Shown here: piece by piece, positions 35,261 through 46,870 of the stretch | Position numbering within the stretch: the first letter of the stretch is position 1 | Layout: every line of letters starts with the position of its first letter | Assembly (NCBI GenBank): GCA_010093605.1 | Contig: MU004196.1 | Coordinates: 642,606 to 706,605 of the forward strand | Reading direction: 5' to 3' | DNA from: Lophium mytilinum | Taxonomy: Eukaryota | DNA length: 64,000 nt | Made by a program: the position numbers and the translations under genes | The notes under the pieces: generated by a model | What the model was told of the DNA's origin: nothing | What the model saw: only the letters and a program-made list of their open reading frames with translations | Databases searched by the model: none

Positions 35261-38227
35261 CTTGAAGTATTGCTTTTACTCTTCATCCGAAGTTTGGCGT
35301 TGTGGCCGTGTTGTGTTGGCAGTAATGAAGAAGAAAGAATGCAGAAGGAGGTGAAGTCCGGACGCGACAGCACGTGGGCACGTGCCTTTGATGATCACGA
35401 AAGGGTTGGAGGCTTTGACGTTCTAACTTCTACACTGATCAAGTACTGACTACAACGAGCACTTAAATCTTTATACCTACTACGAAAGACTTAATCGTTC
35501 CGCCCAGGAGCTTCTATTGACTTTATCCATCGCTGCATATGAGCTCGAAACACAGCTCGCGTTTACATTCACTCACAGCTTGTTTTCGAACAAATGATTC
35601 TGTTGATATGCAAGCGACCTGCTTTCTACTAGTAGTCCTTGCTGTAGGCGACTTTCTCGATCTATCAGATCTTCCTTAAAAATATCGTGCCAATCATAGC
35701 TTTACGTACACCTTTATCTACCCCCCATTTCCTCTCTCTTGCAGCGGAGCGTATAGGTCTACAGGCCTCATCTCTCATCACCTACTCTCATTCCGTAGTC
35801 AGCATATTCAATAGCGTTTCCAATCTAATGACGGCAGTCTCAATAGTCCGCATGATACTCGTACACCTCCAGAATCATTGCCAGCTTAAAACCTTCCCAA
35901 GTTCTGTCAGTGCTATTTATACGAGGACGTATCCGTGGCAATCTATATACAGTCCAGTCTAGCGTAGGAGAACAACCCATTGTACGTATCCTTACTCTCC
36001 GTGGCAGCAATGAAGTAAGCATACTAACGTCGACGCACTTTCCGTGGTTGCAACCAGTGTCTCCATCAATACTTCGAGCTACCGAACGAGCTGTACTATG
36101 TTGGATTCGTCGACGATACTCGAGCTTAATTACTACTGGGCAACAAGGCAGTTAAGCTACGTAACTCCCAATTTTCAGTGTCTCTTCTAATGATATCAGT
36201 TAGAGGCTTTCCACATGTGGTATCGGTCATCTGAATTGCTCTATCATTTCCACTCCTTATGAAGTTCTTAACTACTTAGATAATCAATGGAAAAGATCAG
36301 CCATTCTCGATCTAATCTGTAGTGACTTGCCATAGATATCTTTACACTCTCATACATTGTTTATGGGGCTTGAACTTCCCATTGGGATCCGGGAGCCGTG
36401 GATACGCTATTAATCTGTATGCATTTTCTGATGATGTCTGGGTTAGCGTCGGAAGTTTATAGTTGTCCAGAATGCCAAATTTCTCTCATTTGGAAAGTCG
36501 AAGATACTGCAAAGCTCCTCACGTAGCGATAAACGAATACACGAATTTCTATTACGAGGCCGTGTACAAGTTACACGATTGGCCTTGCGTTCATGGGTGA
36601 CATATGAGGAGCTTTCTCAGAAGTGACTCCACACTCGGTAACTCTCTCTCGGGAAAGATTGCAGCATGCGGTATATGATCAAGTCGTCCTCGTTGCCCGT
36701 AGCGAGATTGTTGATAATGGGGATAACCATCACGTATTTTCCGCAAACACCGCAGAGAGGCTATTCAAACAGGCAGTCTGGTTCAGCTTCGGAATGATCA
36801 CGGCTCTCCACCAGATTGGGTATTTTCGGCGCAAAATGTGATCCTACAGCGACATAGATGGCTTGTTGAACGACATCGTTGTCAGGGCTAAAGATAGGAC
36901 CTCATGGTGGATATCGAATTGTTTTCTTAAAAGAGCTACTAGTGGTAGAACATTAGTATCGGCTGAATGAAATCAGAGTCGATCACCCATAGTTTCTTTA
37001 AGAGTTGCACTAGAGAAGGAGAAAACGAGCTTTTGCATCATGAAGATCTATAAAGTTCAACATTAGACAGAACAGTGGGTGGACGAGTAGAACTTGATGC
37101 ACTTGTGCGGCTGTTTCGATGGGGATCGAACGTGCTGTAGAGGTCATAGCTAGTCGATGCGGTTGTGATGGCTGTAGCAATCCCAACAACACGAGAAGGT
37201 GGCAGATAGAGCTTTCAGTCTCGGTTTTTGCTATCCCATATCTAGTACTAGCAGCTCCTCATGCTCTTCAAGTTCCGCATCGCTTTAAAACGCGAGTGTA
37301 TCTTCGTAACGTCAGCTTGATTGCTATTATCCCTGAAGGTTGCCGACTTTTATCATTTCGTGGTAGTGCTTAGCATCATGAAATTTCGATGTATTCCCAT
37401 CACCACTCTCTTCTTCCCTCCTCCCATCGCACTGCTACTGGGACTTAGTTAATCACCAGCCCAGCAACCCACTCCCATTATAGGAGACGACGGCTTTCCC
37501 TGCTCACCCACGACCCAGCTCATGGGGCGGGACCTCCTTCGTTTTTAAAAACTCAACCTGAATCCAACACTACTCTACAGAGGAAAAGCAGCTGATAGCT
37601 GTCGCTATATACGAAGGAGGACTATCAGACACGTGAGACGGAAACGAGTCACGTGTCAATCACTCATGTTAGTCACTTATTGTTGATATACAGGCCGTAG
37701 CGTCTGAATAGTAAGGGAAGACGAACATTTGGCAAATGAGCGCCAGGTTTGCTGAGTGTTTGCTAGTGCAGACTGGGCGGTAAGACGGAGAGATCATTGA
37801 TGGTGTCATTGAGGATGGTAGACGAGTTGCAGTGGACGTGAAGGCTGAGCTGATGGAGAAAGTAATGATGAGAGCGAAATCGTGAGGGCAAGCAGTATGA
37901 GAGCGAAGTAGGAGACGATAAGTGGTTCAATGAAGCGTGCCTTGTCGAATAAAAACTAAGTTCTAAGCGCTTTTCATAGTGCCTCGACAAACACTTCTTT
38001 GCCGCTGTTACGAGGACTTCGATGCTTCCAGCCTTCCGAACGATACTGGAGTCTACGAATTTGGACGACTGGTAAACTTACCAAGTCACCTCGGAAGGTG
38101 GAGTGTTTAGGTATAAAATCTGGGAAATTTGAGCATTTTTCCACTGTCCGTTGCCTTTCAAAGTACGGGATTCCACCCGGGGTATCATGCCAGAACTCCG
38201 ATGCCTCCAAATATAGCAGTTCTCGTC

Positions 38228-39051
38228 CTACGCAGCTGCAGCAGGTGGCAAGTTCGCAAAACTCTTGGGCTGATACTTGACTCGAGTGTCTAGGAGGAGC
38301 CGGTCCGGGGCGTCCAACTCCACGCAGCCCTTCAACAGGTCCTTGAACGCCTTTAGTTCCTCGACGCCCGCATCGATCAGCGCTGGACTGCCATTGTCGA
38401 CTACCCGAATCGAGGCTTGTAGAATGTAGGTCCCGCTTGGATCAAGAGAAGAAAGGGAGTCAAACGTCGGCAAGGAGGGCTTCGGGGATTGCTCTGCAGA
38501 TTGCGGGCCCGGCTCAGTGAGGACGCGGTGGAGGAGGATGAGAATGTTCTTGTGTACGTAGCGGTGGCCCTCAACGTAGTACTCGGAAACAACCCTGGGA
38601 GATATTAGAAATTGCTGTACAGCTTCGAAGGATACACCAACTTGTTCCCAAAGCCAACCATATACGCGTGAGGGTCTCCTTCCACAAAGTCAGTGCTAGA
38701 CACCATTCGAACCGTGACGCCTTTGTCGCCCGTATCCGGGACGTCGTTGAACTGGAGCGTCCAGGGCGCCGCCGACTTCTGCTCTTTAAAGTCCTCCTCG
38801 GTCAGCGTCTGCACCATCTGCGTGAAGTAGAGGTCCCTCGCGACAGTCTGCTTGACCTGCTTCTGCACAATGCCCTGGCTGGCACCGCGCCGGAGGTTGG
38901 AGCCGGGCTCGTCGGGCTCGCGCTGCGGCCTATAGACAACATGGCGCTCCAGGACGCGCTGCGGCTGCATGGCCGCGACACCGGCGAGAATTTTCAGGAG
39001 CTGCTCATGACGCGCGCGGGGCAGCTGGCCGAACAGCAGCAGCTCATACAT
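38228..39051 (-). CDS. MED18: Mediator complex subunit 18 (Srb5)
   Basis: MYELLLFGQL...LLKILAGVAAMQPQRVLERHVVYRP, intron 38641-38595, then EYYVEGHRY and LDPSGTYILQASIRV...LKGCVELDAPDRLLLDTRVK. Confidence 0.9.
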
Positions 39052-39662
39052 CGGTCGCGGGGTGGTAAAGGGTGAGGTTTCGATCTCGAACGGGCCGGTG
39101 GCAGGGTTTCGCGGCTTGGTGGAGCGTCCTGGAGCTGTCAGCGATAAGAAAACGGCACACTACACAGCGGCTGATTCAGGCCATTGGGTGCTGCCGATGC
39201 TTTTCGACGCCTTGGCTGCAGCAGCAGCGTGGAGGGCAGGGCGACGTGGGCAGGGCCAGCACCCAAAGGGCGCGCAAAACAGCAAAAAGGCCCGCGGAGA
39301 GCGCAGAATCTGCCGCGATGCCGTGCGGGGGGCAGCAATTGTGCGCGAGACTCACCCCAGAATGATGCCACTAAACTGTGTGCGGGTGCGGGCGCAAGGC
39401 TGCGAGCGATGTCGTGCTGTTGCTGTCTCGGAAATAGCGTCGGGAACTGCGCGACGACGGTCCTGGCTTGTGAACCTCCATCTTTGCGGCCCGCCCTACT
39501 AATCCTTTTGAACCTCCATCCGCCCACTTTCGCTGCTCCATTCACCCATTGACTCCACACGATTTCTCTGCCCACCAGTCCTTATATTCGGGAAGTGCTG
39601 CTTGCGTGGGCAACAACCCTTCATCCTACATCTCCGAGCATCCCGCCCAACAGATCGTCGCC

Positions 39663-40076
39663 ATGAATGCCACCAAGCAGCTCCTCCAGCACCGCCAGCC
39701 CATGATCCGCTTCTTGGGCAAGCGCCATACGCCGACATGTGAGTATATAGCCGTAGCTGCAGCTAGAGTTCCTGTCTAATTATGTGTAGCCATTGACCAC
39801 ACTCCTCACGCGCATCCTGCCTCCCCGACACATTCACTCCCCGAGTCCTTTGCTTCATACCGCCAGAAAGCACAACAACACGGCCCGCTAAACCAGCAGA
39901 ACCACCTCCCCATCGGCGCAATCGGGGGCAAGCCGGGTGCTTCTCTAGGCCCAGTCGAGGCGGGCAAGGGCATGTTCTTCGACCGATCGGAGCTCCCCGC
40001 GCGGTTCCAGCGGACGCCATGGACACAGGCCGAGATTGACGCCATTGAGTCTGGTGGAGCAAGCATGCACGCATGA
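39663..40076 (+). CDS. KGD4: Alpha-ketoglutarate dehydrogenase subunit Kgd4 / mitochondrial ribosomal protein S36 (Ymr31) family
   Basis: Exons 39663-39738 and 39790-40076 give MNATKQLLQHRQPMIRFLGKR...HPASP...YRQKAQQHGPL...ELPARFQR...EIDAIESGGA. Confidence 0.92.
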
Positions 40077-40759
40077 GGAAGAAGATGATATGCGACTTTC
40101 ACACGCTCCCGGCGAACGATGTACATACTTTGGACGAGGCCTCGGGATCACATGAAGGAATGGACTGGCAACGACATCGAGCGCCTCACATTAATGGCGC
40201 TTTCATATTCACGTGCATGGGAAAAGCAGATATGGGACTCGATCTTGATATACCCTTTTAGAATGCTGTCGCGATGGCGAGTCCCCGGGTTCTATCTCAA
40301 TTCACTCAAAGAAGCCTCTCATCTATATTCAGATATCATGACCAAAAAATTCAAAACGTTTAACCTTCAAGTACTTCACCGCTATGTTGTTTACTGCCAA
40401 ATCGGCCCCTAAAATCGTGTTTCGCTTCTGTCTGGTCCTATCACGCTCTTTTGGTAGAAGCTGACGTTGTTTTAGAAGGGACACTAGCAATGCATATTTC
40501 GCCCTTCACCCGATACACAACACTACTAGCACATGCTCTCCCCGCACTTTGCCTTCCATCCGTTGAATGTACGTATTCCCTCTCGGTATACTGTATCATG
40601 CATCACCATAGGATCGTCTGATATCACAAGCCGAGGCGCTCACCTTTCCAGAATACATCACGCTCACAGTCACATGTAAGCTTCAATACGCGAAGGACTG
40701 CGGAGCTTCCTTTCCCCGCATGTAGCTTGGCAACCAATCATTCACAGCAACATGCTTGG

Positions 40760-41066
40760 TCGATCCACAGGAATTCAATATCCAAGCAGATTATACCGGG
40801 ATGAGTAGGAGTCGGTCATTGGCCACTTCTGTATGTCCTCTCCGAACTTATTCGTGCTTTACATGTACTTCTGCTAATCGTGTATATACATTACCAGGCA
40901 ATTTTTGAAGTTGTCTCTCGTTCAAAAAGCTTGTACTATGTTGAAGTAGCCTCCACAGTGTCAGACATGCTATATACACTACCAACGGCAGCTTCACAGT
41001 GCGTATGAGGTTCCCATAGATGGGCAGATGCCACTCCCTAGGTAATTCAGCAAGCTTTGACTACAT
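40760..41066 (-). pseudogene. Relic of an F-box-like (LPxE..IY) fungal gene
   Basis: The minus strand reads M*SKLAELPREWHLPIYGNLI...*YKLF...TCK with in-frame stops. The 3' boundary is approximate. Confidence 0.4.
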
Positions 41067-41562
41067 TTAAAAAGACTGCCTTCCTTTATGTGTAGATTTT
41101 TAGTGATGTATTGAGGCCACGCCTGATAGCGGCAAGAAAGCGTACTCAAGTTTGTTTCCAAAGATGAGACGAGCATCTCGTTTATGCGTTCTATCAGCCG
41201 TTATCATGACCAGAGGTGCGCTGAAGAGGACGAAGTTATCTTGATTGGAGCTGGATCGAGTCACCTCAAACGAGGTTGTCGAATGACTATTTACACAAGA
41301 AACGTGCATAGGCTTTTCATATGTCATAGATCTGGCGCGATAGCGCTCGTTATTGCGAGTGGCAGCGAGCTCTTATGGACAAACAGCGTCTTAAATAGCA
41401 TCTCGCTATACATACCAATTCGTCGTTGCATACGAGCACGTACCTCTTTCGCTTTCGATCTTTCTTCCTCATTTCTCACATAGACCACAGTCATATCCAC
41501 CCTTTTACCGCGGCGTGTGGCATGTTGAAGAGCACGCGTAAATCTGAATAAGATCAGAGCCT

Positions 41563-42330
41563 ATCACTATGACACTTGACGAACTCGCAGGGGTGCTTTA
41601 TACCGTGGTAGACTGGTTCTCGTTGCTGCTTCAACTCCACTCTATGGCTGCCGCCATCCTCTCATCTTTTTTTATTCATTGTCACTATGCCCCATACCAT
41701 TCTCTCTATGCTTCTCTCTTACTACCATCAGTACACATTCACAGAGACGTGTGTACTCTTTTACCGCGACTTGTGATGCCTCGGGGAGAGTTTTTAGACC
41801 TTGGAATAAAAGTACAGTACTAGGACATGGATTTGGACAGGCTGTCTGTCTATCTCGTACCGATATATGATGAAGTGCTGAGGCACCACAATTAGCGGCC
41901 AGTAGACCGACTGTCAGCGTGTGGAATTACTCTAATTTAAGGTCTCAGGAACTTCGCATTTTCATTTTGTTAGAATACCACGGAGCTCACTAGTTAGGGT
42001 GCACTCATGGGCTCTCAAGCATCAAAATACGATGCAAAGGTCGATGCAGTAGCAGTTAGGCTGCCTTTTGACTTGCTGGACACTTGCTGGCTGGACACTT
42101 GCTGGCTAGACACCTGCAGTCTGGGCTACCCTCGACGATAGTGTCGAGCGGCCAAGATTGAAGCCGAGGAGTCCCATACCCAGGTGCCCAAATTTGTGTC
42201 CTGGTATTGCAAACTCTATCACCGGCACAGCTGGAGCCCTCGCAAGTGCACCTCAGACCTTGGTAGACTGGTCTCCGTCCCTGCTTCAACACCACTCCAT
42301 GGCTACCGCCATCCTACCATCTCTACTTCT
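41563..42330. repeat. Diverged direct duplication (~100 bp copies at ~41563-41666 and ~42216-42321)
   Basis: Colinear match between tggtagactggttctcgttgctgcttcaactccactctatggctgccgccatcct and tggtagactggtctccgtccctgcttcaacaccactccatggctaccgccatcct. Confidence 0.8.
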
Positions 42331-42730
42331 ACTACTATTCGTCGCTATCATGGACTTCGTCGCTCTTACTGCACTCGGTGCTCCTCCCACGCTCGTCGCT
42401 CCTCCTCTTCGTCTCAACGCCCTCGTCTCTCTTTACTCTCAGTTGCTTCACCTGGACCATTCCATCTACAATCAACATCCCGCAGCGCTTAACCACCATC
42501 ATCACTTACTCGCTTCCATCATTCATCCATCGTTTCTCATTACACTAAGAACTACCATCGCTCATCGCTTTCTGGTCACACTTCAAAGCCATCGTCCAGC
42601 TAGCGACTTCCAGCATTCACGCGTTCGGAAACGAGTCGTCCTTATCTCATTCGCTACGAAGCTTGAAGTGGCATCGAAACCATCCGAGCATCGCTATCAC
42701 CCTGCCTAAGTCGAGTGGTCGTTTGATACA

Positions 42731-43987
42731 ATGGCGGAACCATCCTCTACGGTATGGACGGACGACGAGGACGTCATCCGTAGAATGCTCTCCGAAAATC
42801 CCGCGGAACCGTCTGCACCACTGGATACGCCGAAGACACCTGGAGAGCAGATCAATCCAGGGGAGCGGGCAAAGCATGACTCGGTAGTCAAACCGACTTC
42901 GTTCAAAATAATTCCGGAGTCATTCGCTAGGTTATGGACGGATGCAGAGGACGACTTCCTCAGAAAGGCACACAACGCGCAGATAAGTCTTACAGACATG
43001 CAAAGGGCGTTTCTGCCATACCATGTATCAGCTGACGCTATCACGAAGCGACTGAACCTACTAGGATTATGGGAAGGGGATGCAGGGTTAGAGATGTCCA
43101 AGATCGAGAATATTCAAGGAGTGCCAATCCCGTCCTCGGCACAACCAGGATCGCAAAGGGCTCCATCACTGCCTTTAAGCCAGGCACGTATCCTCGCTGG
43201 TGCAGAAGTGGATCATACGAAAATCATACCACAGCCACCCCCTGAAGCATCTTCGAGCGCTGGCGGCCCTCAACCGCCTCATGACTCTCGGTTAGATTCG
43301 GACATCAAAAATGGGACAACCTTTTTAGATGGGGACACAGATGACGCAGACGGGGAAACAGATGATGAAGAAATCATAGGAGAAGCCCCAGCCCACTTCG
43401 ATGACGACGAAATCATGGAAGAAGCCCCAGCCCACTTGGACGATGATGAAATCATGAGAGAAGCCCTAGCCCACTTGGACGACGATGGAAACATGAGAGA
43501 AGCCCTAGCCCACTTGAACGATGATGAAGGCCTGAGAGAAGCCCTAGCCGACGCGGATGTTGGAGGAGGCTCGGGACAGAATGCATCACTGGAAACGCTG
43601 AAGACACCTGAAGCGCAAGCATTTCAAGGCGAGCCGAAACATAATGAATCGGCATTCAAACCAACTCCGCCAGCCCCTTCCGTACCTCCTCAAGGACTCG
43701 ACCCGTCTACACCGAATCCATCATCCGCCTCTCGTGCAAAGATTCCCAATTGGAATGGGCACGAGATAGCCAAAATCTTCATGGGACTTGACAGAGATTT
43801 TTCGGGAGGAGACATATGGCGCGAATATTTCCAGATTGATAGCTATGGTCCTGGGCTTAGAACCTTAGCCTCGGTGAGAAGCAAAGTTACAAGGATCAAA
43901 AGACTACCGACGGAAAAAGAAAAAAGTCTTCGTTTGCTATTGTTTCAGCGTGGGCTCTTGGCAGAGCACCACTTGAGACTTGGCTAG
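42731..43987 (+). CDS. Orphan protein with Myb/SANT-like W-T-x-x-E-D segments and an acidic 13-aa tandem repeat
   Basis: Intact 418-aa ORF containing WTDDED, WTDAEDDFL...ITKRLNLLGL and WNGHE...IWREYF...RTLASVRSK, plus an in-frame 39-nt repeat array. Confidence 0.65.
   Translation: MAEPSSTVWTDDEDVIRRMLSENPAEPSAPLDTPKTPGEQINPGERAKHDSVVKPTSFKIIPESFARLWTDAEDDFLRKAHNAQISLTDMQRAFLPYHVSADAITKRLNLLGLWEGDAGLEMSKIENIQGVPIPSSAQPGSQRAPSLPLSQARILAGAEVDHTKIIPQPPPEASSSAGGPQPPHDSRLDSDIKNGTTFLDGDTDDADGETDDEEIIGEAPAHFDDDEIMEEAPAHLDDDEIMREALAHLDDDGNMREALAHLNDDEGLREALADADVGGGSGQNASLETLKTPEAQAFQGEPKHNESAFKPTPPAPSVPPQGLDPSTPNPSSASRAKIPNWNGHEIAKIFMGLDRDFSGGDIWREYFQIDSYGPGLRTLASVRSKVTRIKRLPTEKEKSLRLLLFQRGLLAEHHLRLG
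43361..43549 (+). repeat. 39-nt coding tandem repeat, about 5 copies (DDDEIMxEAxAHL)
   Basis: Units start at 43361, 43400, 43439, 43478 and 43517, each containing agaagcccyagcc. Confidence 0.9.
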
Positions 43988-46870
43988 AACAAGCTCGGCC
44001 GGTCTGCCTCAAGGCATGACGACTCTTTTAGCTATAACGAGCGGTTTCTGAGTCTATTTCGTCTTTAGGAAAGGAGAGGCGGGGGTATGGAGGAAGACAC
44101 ATTTCTTGTTAGCACCAGACTCCAAATCCATACACATTGAGAGTTCGAGCTCTGTGCATTCTGGGCTGCGGCTGTCTAAACGCTTCGGCTCTATTTCCTA
44201 AATCTAAAAGAGCACATACAGCAACTGGATAAGAGGGTACCGTGTGCAAAGCATAGAACTCCATTTCTATCTGATGTTCGCCATCCCTCTTTCAAAGTCT
44301 TCCTTGACACCTTTTTCAATAGCATCATCCAACTGCACCCATGTTGAAAATCTAGCGGTCGCTATTTGAAGTACTTGTAGCTCTTCTCAAAGATCTAAAC
44401 TCGGCTATTCGATTGTCAATCTATCCGCGTTGACTAATGTAGAAACTCGCATACTCGTTAGGCTACCTCGGACGACGTCGGTTCCTGTTACAGAATTACT
44501 ACGTGCATAGTACGAAAACTCGAGATTTCCAACCAAAAGAAGAGGTCGAAGCGATCAGGCTGCTACGCTTACGGTGTCCCGCTCATGTATTATGCTTCCC
44601 TATCACTATCTACGGTCTTTTACCCATTACCAGAGACTGTCAATCTCCGCTCATTTGAGTTATAACTACATATCTAGATCGCGTAGTCTTAGGTGCTACG
44701 CCGAAATTATCATCTCCTCGAACACTCAGCGTCCAGCTCTTTCGAATCTTCATAGTAGGCCGGAGCACCACAGACACCTGTAAAGGGGTAATGCGTAGAC
44801 TCACCTTATATAGCGAGCCATTGGCGATCCCGAAATAACCATGTCCAGATTCTAGTAGTAGAGAGCATGAATATTAAACCTCAATTCGGCATTATGCATA
44901 CAAATGATAGGCTATACGTCACTAACTTGACATTGGGTCTTGAGCAGGATTTCAAATTTCTACCACTATGAGTCTCCGACGGCATGCCTATCCCAGGTTG
45001 TTTCGACATTGACATTATCCTAAAAACAACTTTCAACCACTTAGTTTGCTCCAGGACGCTCCTCTATCAGCCTGTACTTTCCTCTTTCCAACCACACCCC
45101 TCAGGAAACAATTTTGAAGACTGATAAAACTCCCTTACATCGATCACTACGCGGCGCTTTGCACACCTTCACTCATTCCCATGGCTCCATCTAAACCGAC
45201 GCCCGATCCCCCCAACCGCTCATAGAACACCGTAGTCGCACAGTATTCCCCTCCCATCCCGCGAACACCATTTCCTCCCAACCACCCCACCACTGACCTC
45301 CCAAACCCACGGCTCCTTCTTTATCTTAGCTCGCAACACCAACACCAATATCAGCACCAAGCGCCCGGATCCTTCAACCTCTGATTCTAGATTCCAGATT
45401 CCAGAACCCAGAACCAACGTTGAGGCATGTAGTACATAGCGACAAGACTCTCGATCGATCGCAGCAAACACAGATCTCGATCCACCCAACCCAGCCACTC
45501 AGAAAACCATGTCCAATCTCTCCAAAACCAAGCCACCGCAAAACCGTCGTATGCGGTGCACACCACCACACCACCATCGCTACGCACCCATGCCGTCACG
45601 ATCATCGCCGCTAGCGCCGCCTACAGAATTCCCGATGCGCGGCGACATGGGGAACGGGACGGGTGATGGTAATTGAAATCTGCGGGCTTTTTCGAAATGG
45701 CGTGGAAATGTGGGCATGTTTGCGGGTCCATCACGTTTGCATAGTGAGATAATATATATTTTACAAGCTTTGCGCTTTTTTTGCTTTGTATTTGTGTGTT
45801 TTGCTATGTAGTGTGCTATCCAATTGTTCTTCTTCGCCGCCGTCTCTCTTCTTGTGTCTCTGGGGTATCGCGCCGTTTGACTGGTAGTACATTTGTGAAC
45901 CGCTCTAATCGTAACGGTGTTGTTGTTTCGTGAAAGAAATCTGCCATAAAAAGGATTAAAAAAACGAAAGAGTTGGCGGAATTATTGCGTGTAAATAGTG
46001 CGTAATGAGAAAGGGCGCATGTGGTGTACAAAGGCTAGAAAACGAAAAAGCATGTAAACGTGGTACAATCATCCAAAATGTTGCAGGTTTTCCCGATATT
46101 TCTTCTTTCATCACTGCTCTTCTGTGGAATACAAGTGTTGTACAGCAGGGTAGACAAGTAACAAAAGTGGTTCGACATGATGCCATCACATATTTCCCAA
46201 AAGGCAGTTTATAGGCAAGAAAATTTTACAATAGTCCTCATATGTAGACGAGAAATTGTGACAGTATTAAAAATGATATCTCATGACGAAACAAAATTAT
46301 ACAGCAAGAAAATACCACGAGCTATTTTAGACTCGTTTTGCGACACCCTTCTATTCGTGAATCTTCCTCAAGTCGTACTCTCGTACTCTTTCGTGTGGTC
46401 ATTTCCAAATCTTCGTGAATAGTATTCGACCCACCCCGCTGAAACGCTTGAAGAGAAATCCCACGCTGAGAGGAAAAGAAAAGATCCCGAACTTAAGGAC
46501 GGGAATAGACGGCTTGAAAACTCCTGAAAACTCCGTAAGGACAGCGGGCACTCGCGAACGCCAGGTTCAAAGCTGTTCGACCAGCGAACGCGATGGGGAT
46601 GCAGGACGCAAAGACAGGGATAGGAAAACGAATCGCGACCGAGACTAAGGAAAAGTTTGCGACGGAGATGTTAAATTTTGTTGGGCATCCAGAACGTCGC
46701 GCGGTCGGCGTTCCCGGCGCGGGTATCGGCGGGAACCGTTGTGCGACATGCATGGCACGCGACACTTCCGCGGGTGTGTAATCGGAACGGCGTACGGTCC
46801 AGATCCAGATCGCTAGCACGAAATAGTCACACAGCCTGACAGGTACCATCTAGAAGAGCCCACAAGAGGC

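Noticed and set aside
37440..37550. GC-rich stretch ending in a T-run, suggesting a Pol III RNA
   Set aside because: No tRNA cloverleaf, A/B boxes or recognisable 5S, U6 or SRP motifs.
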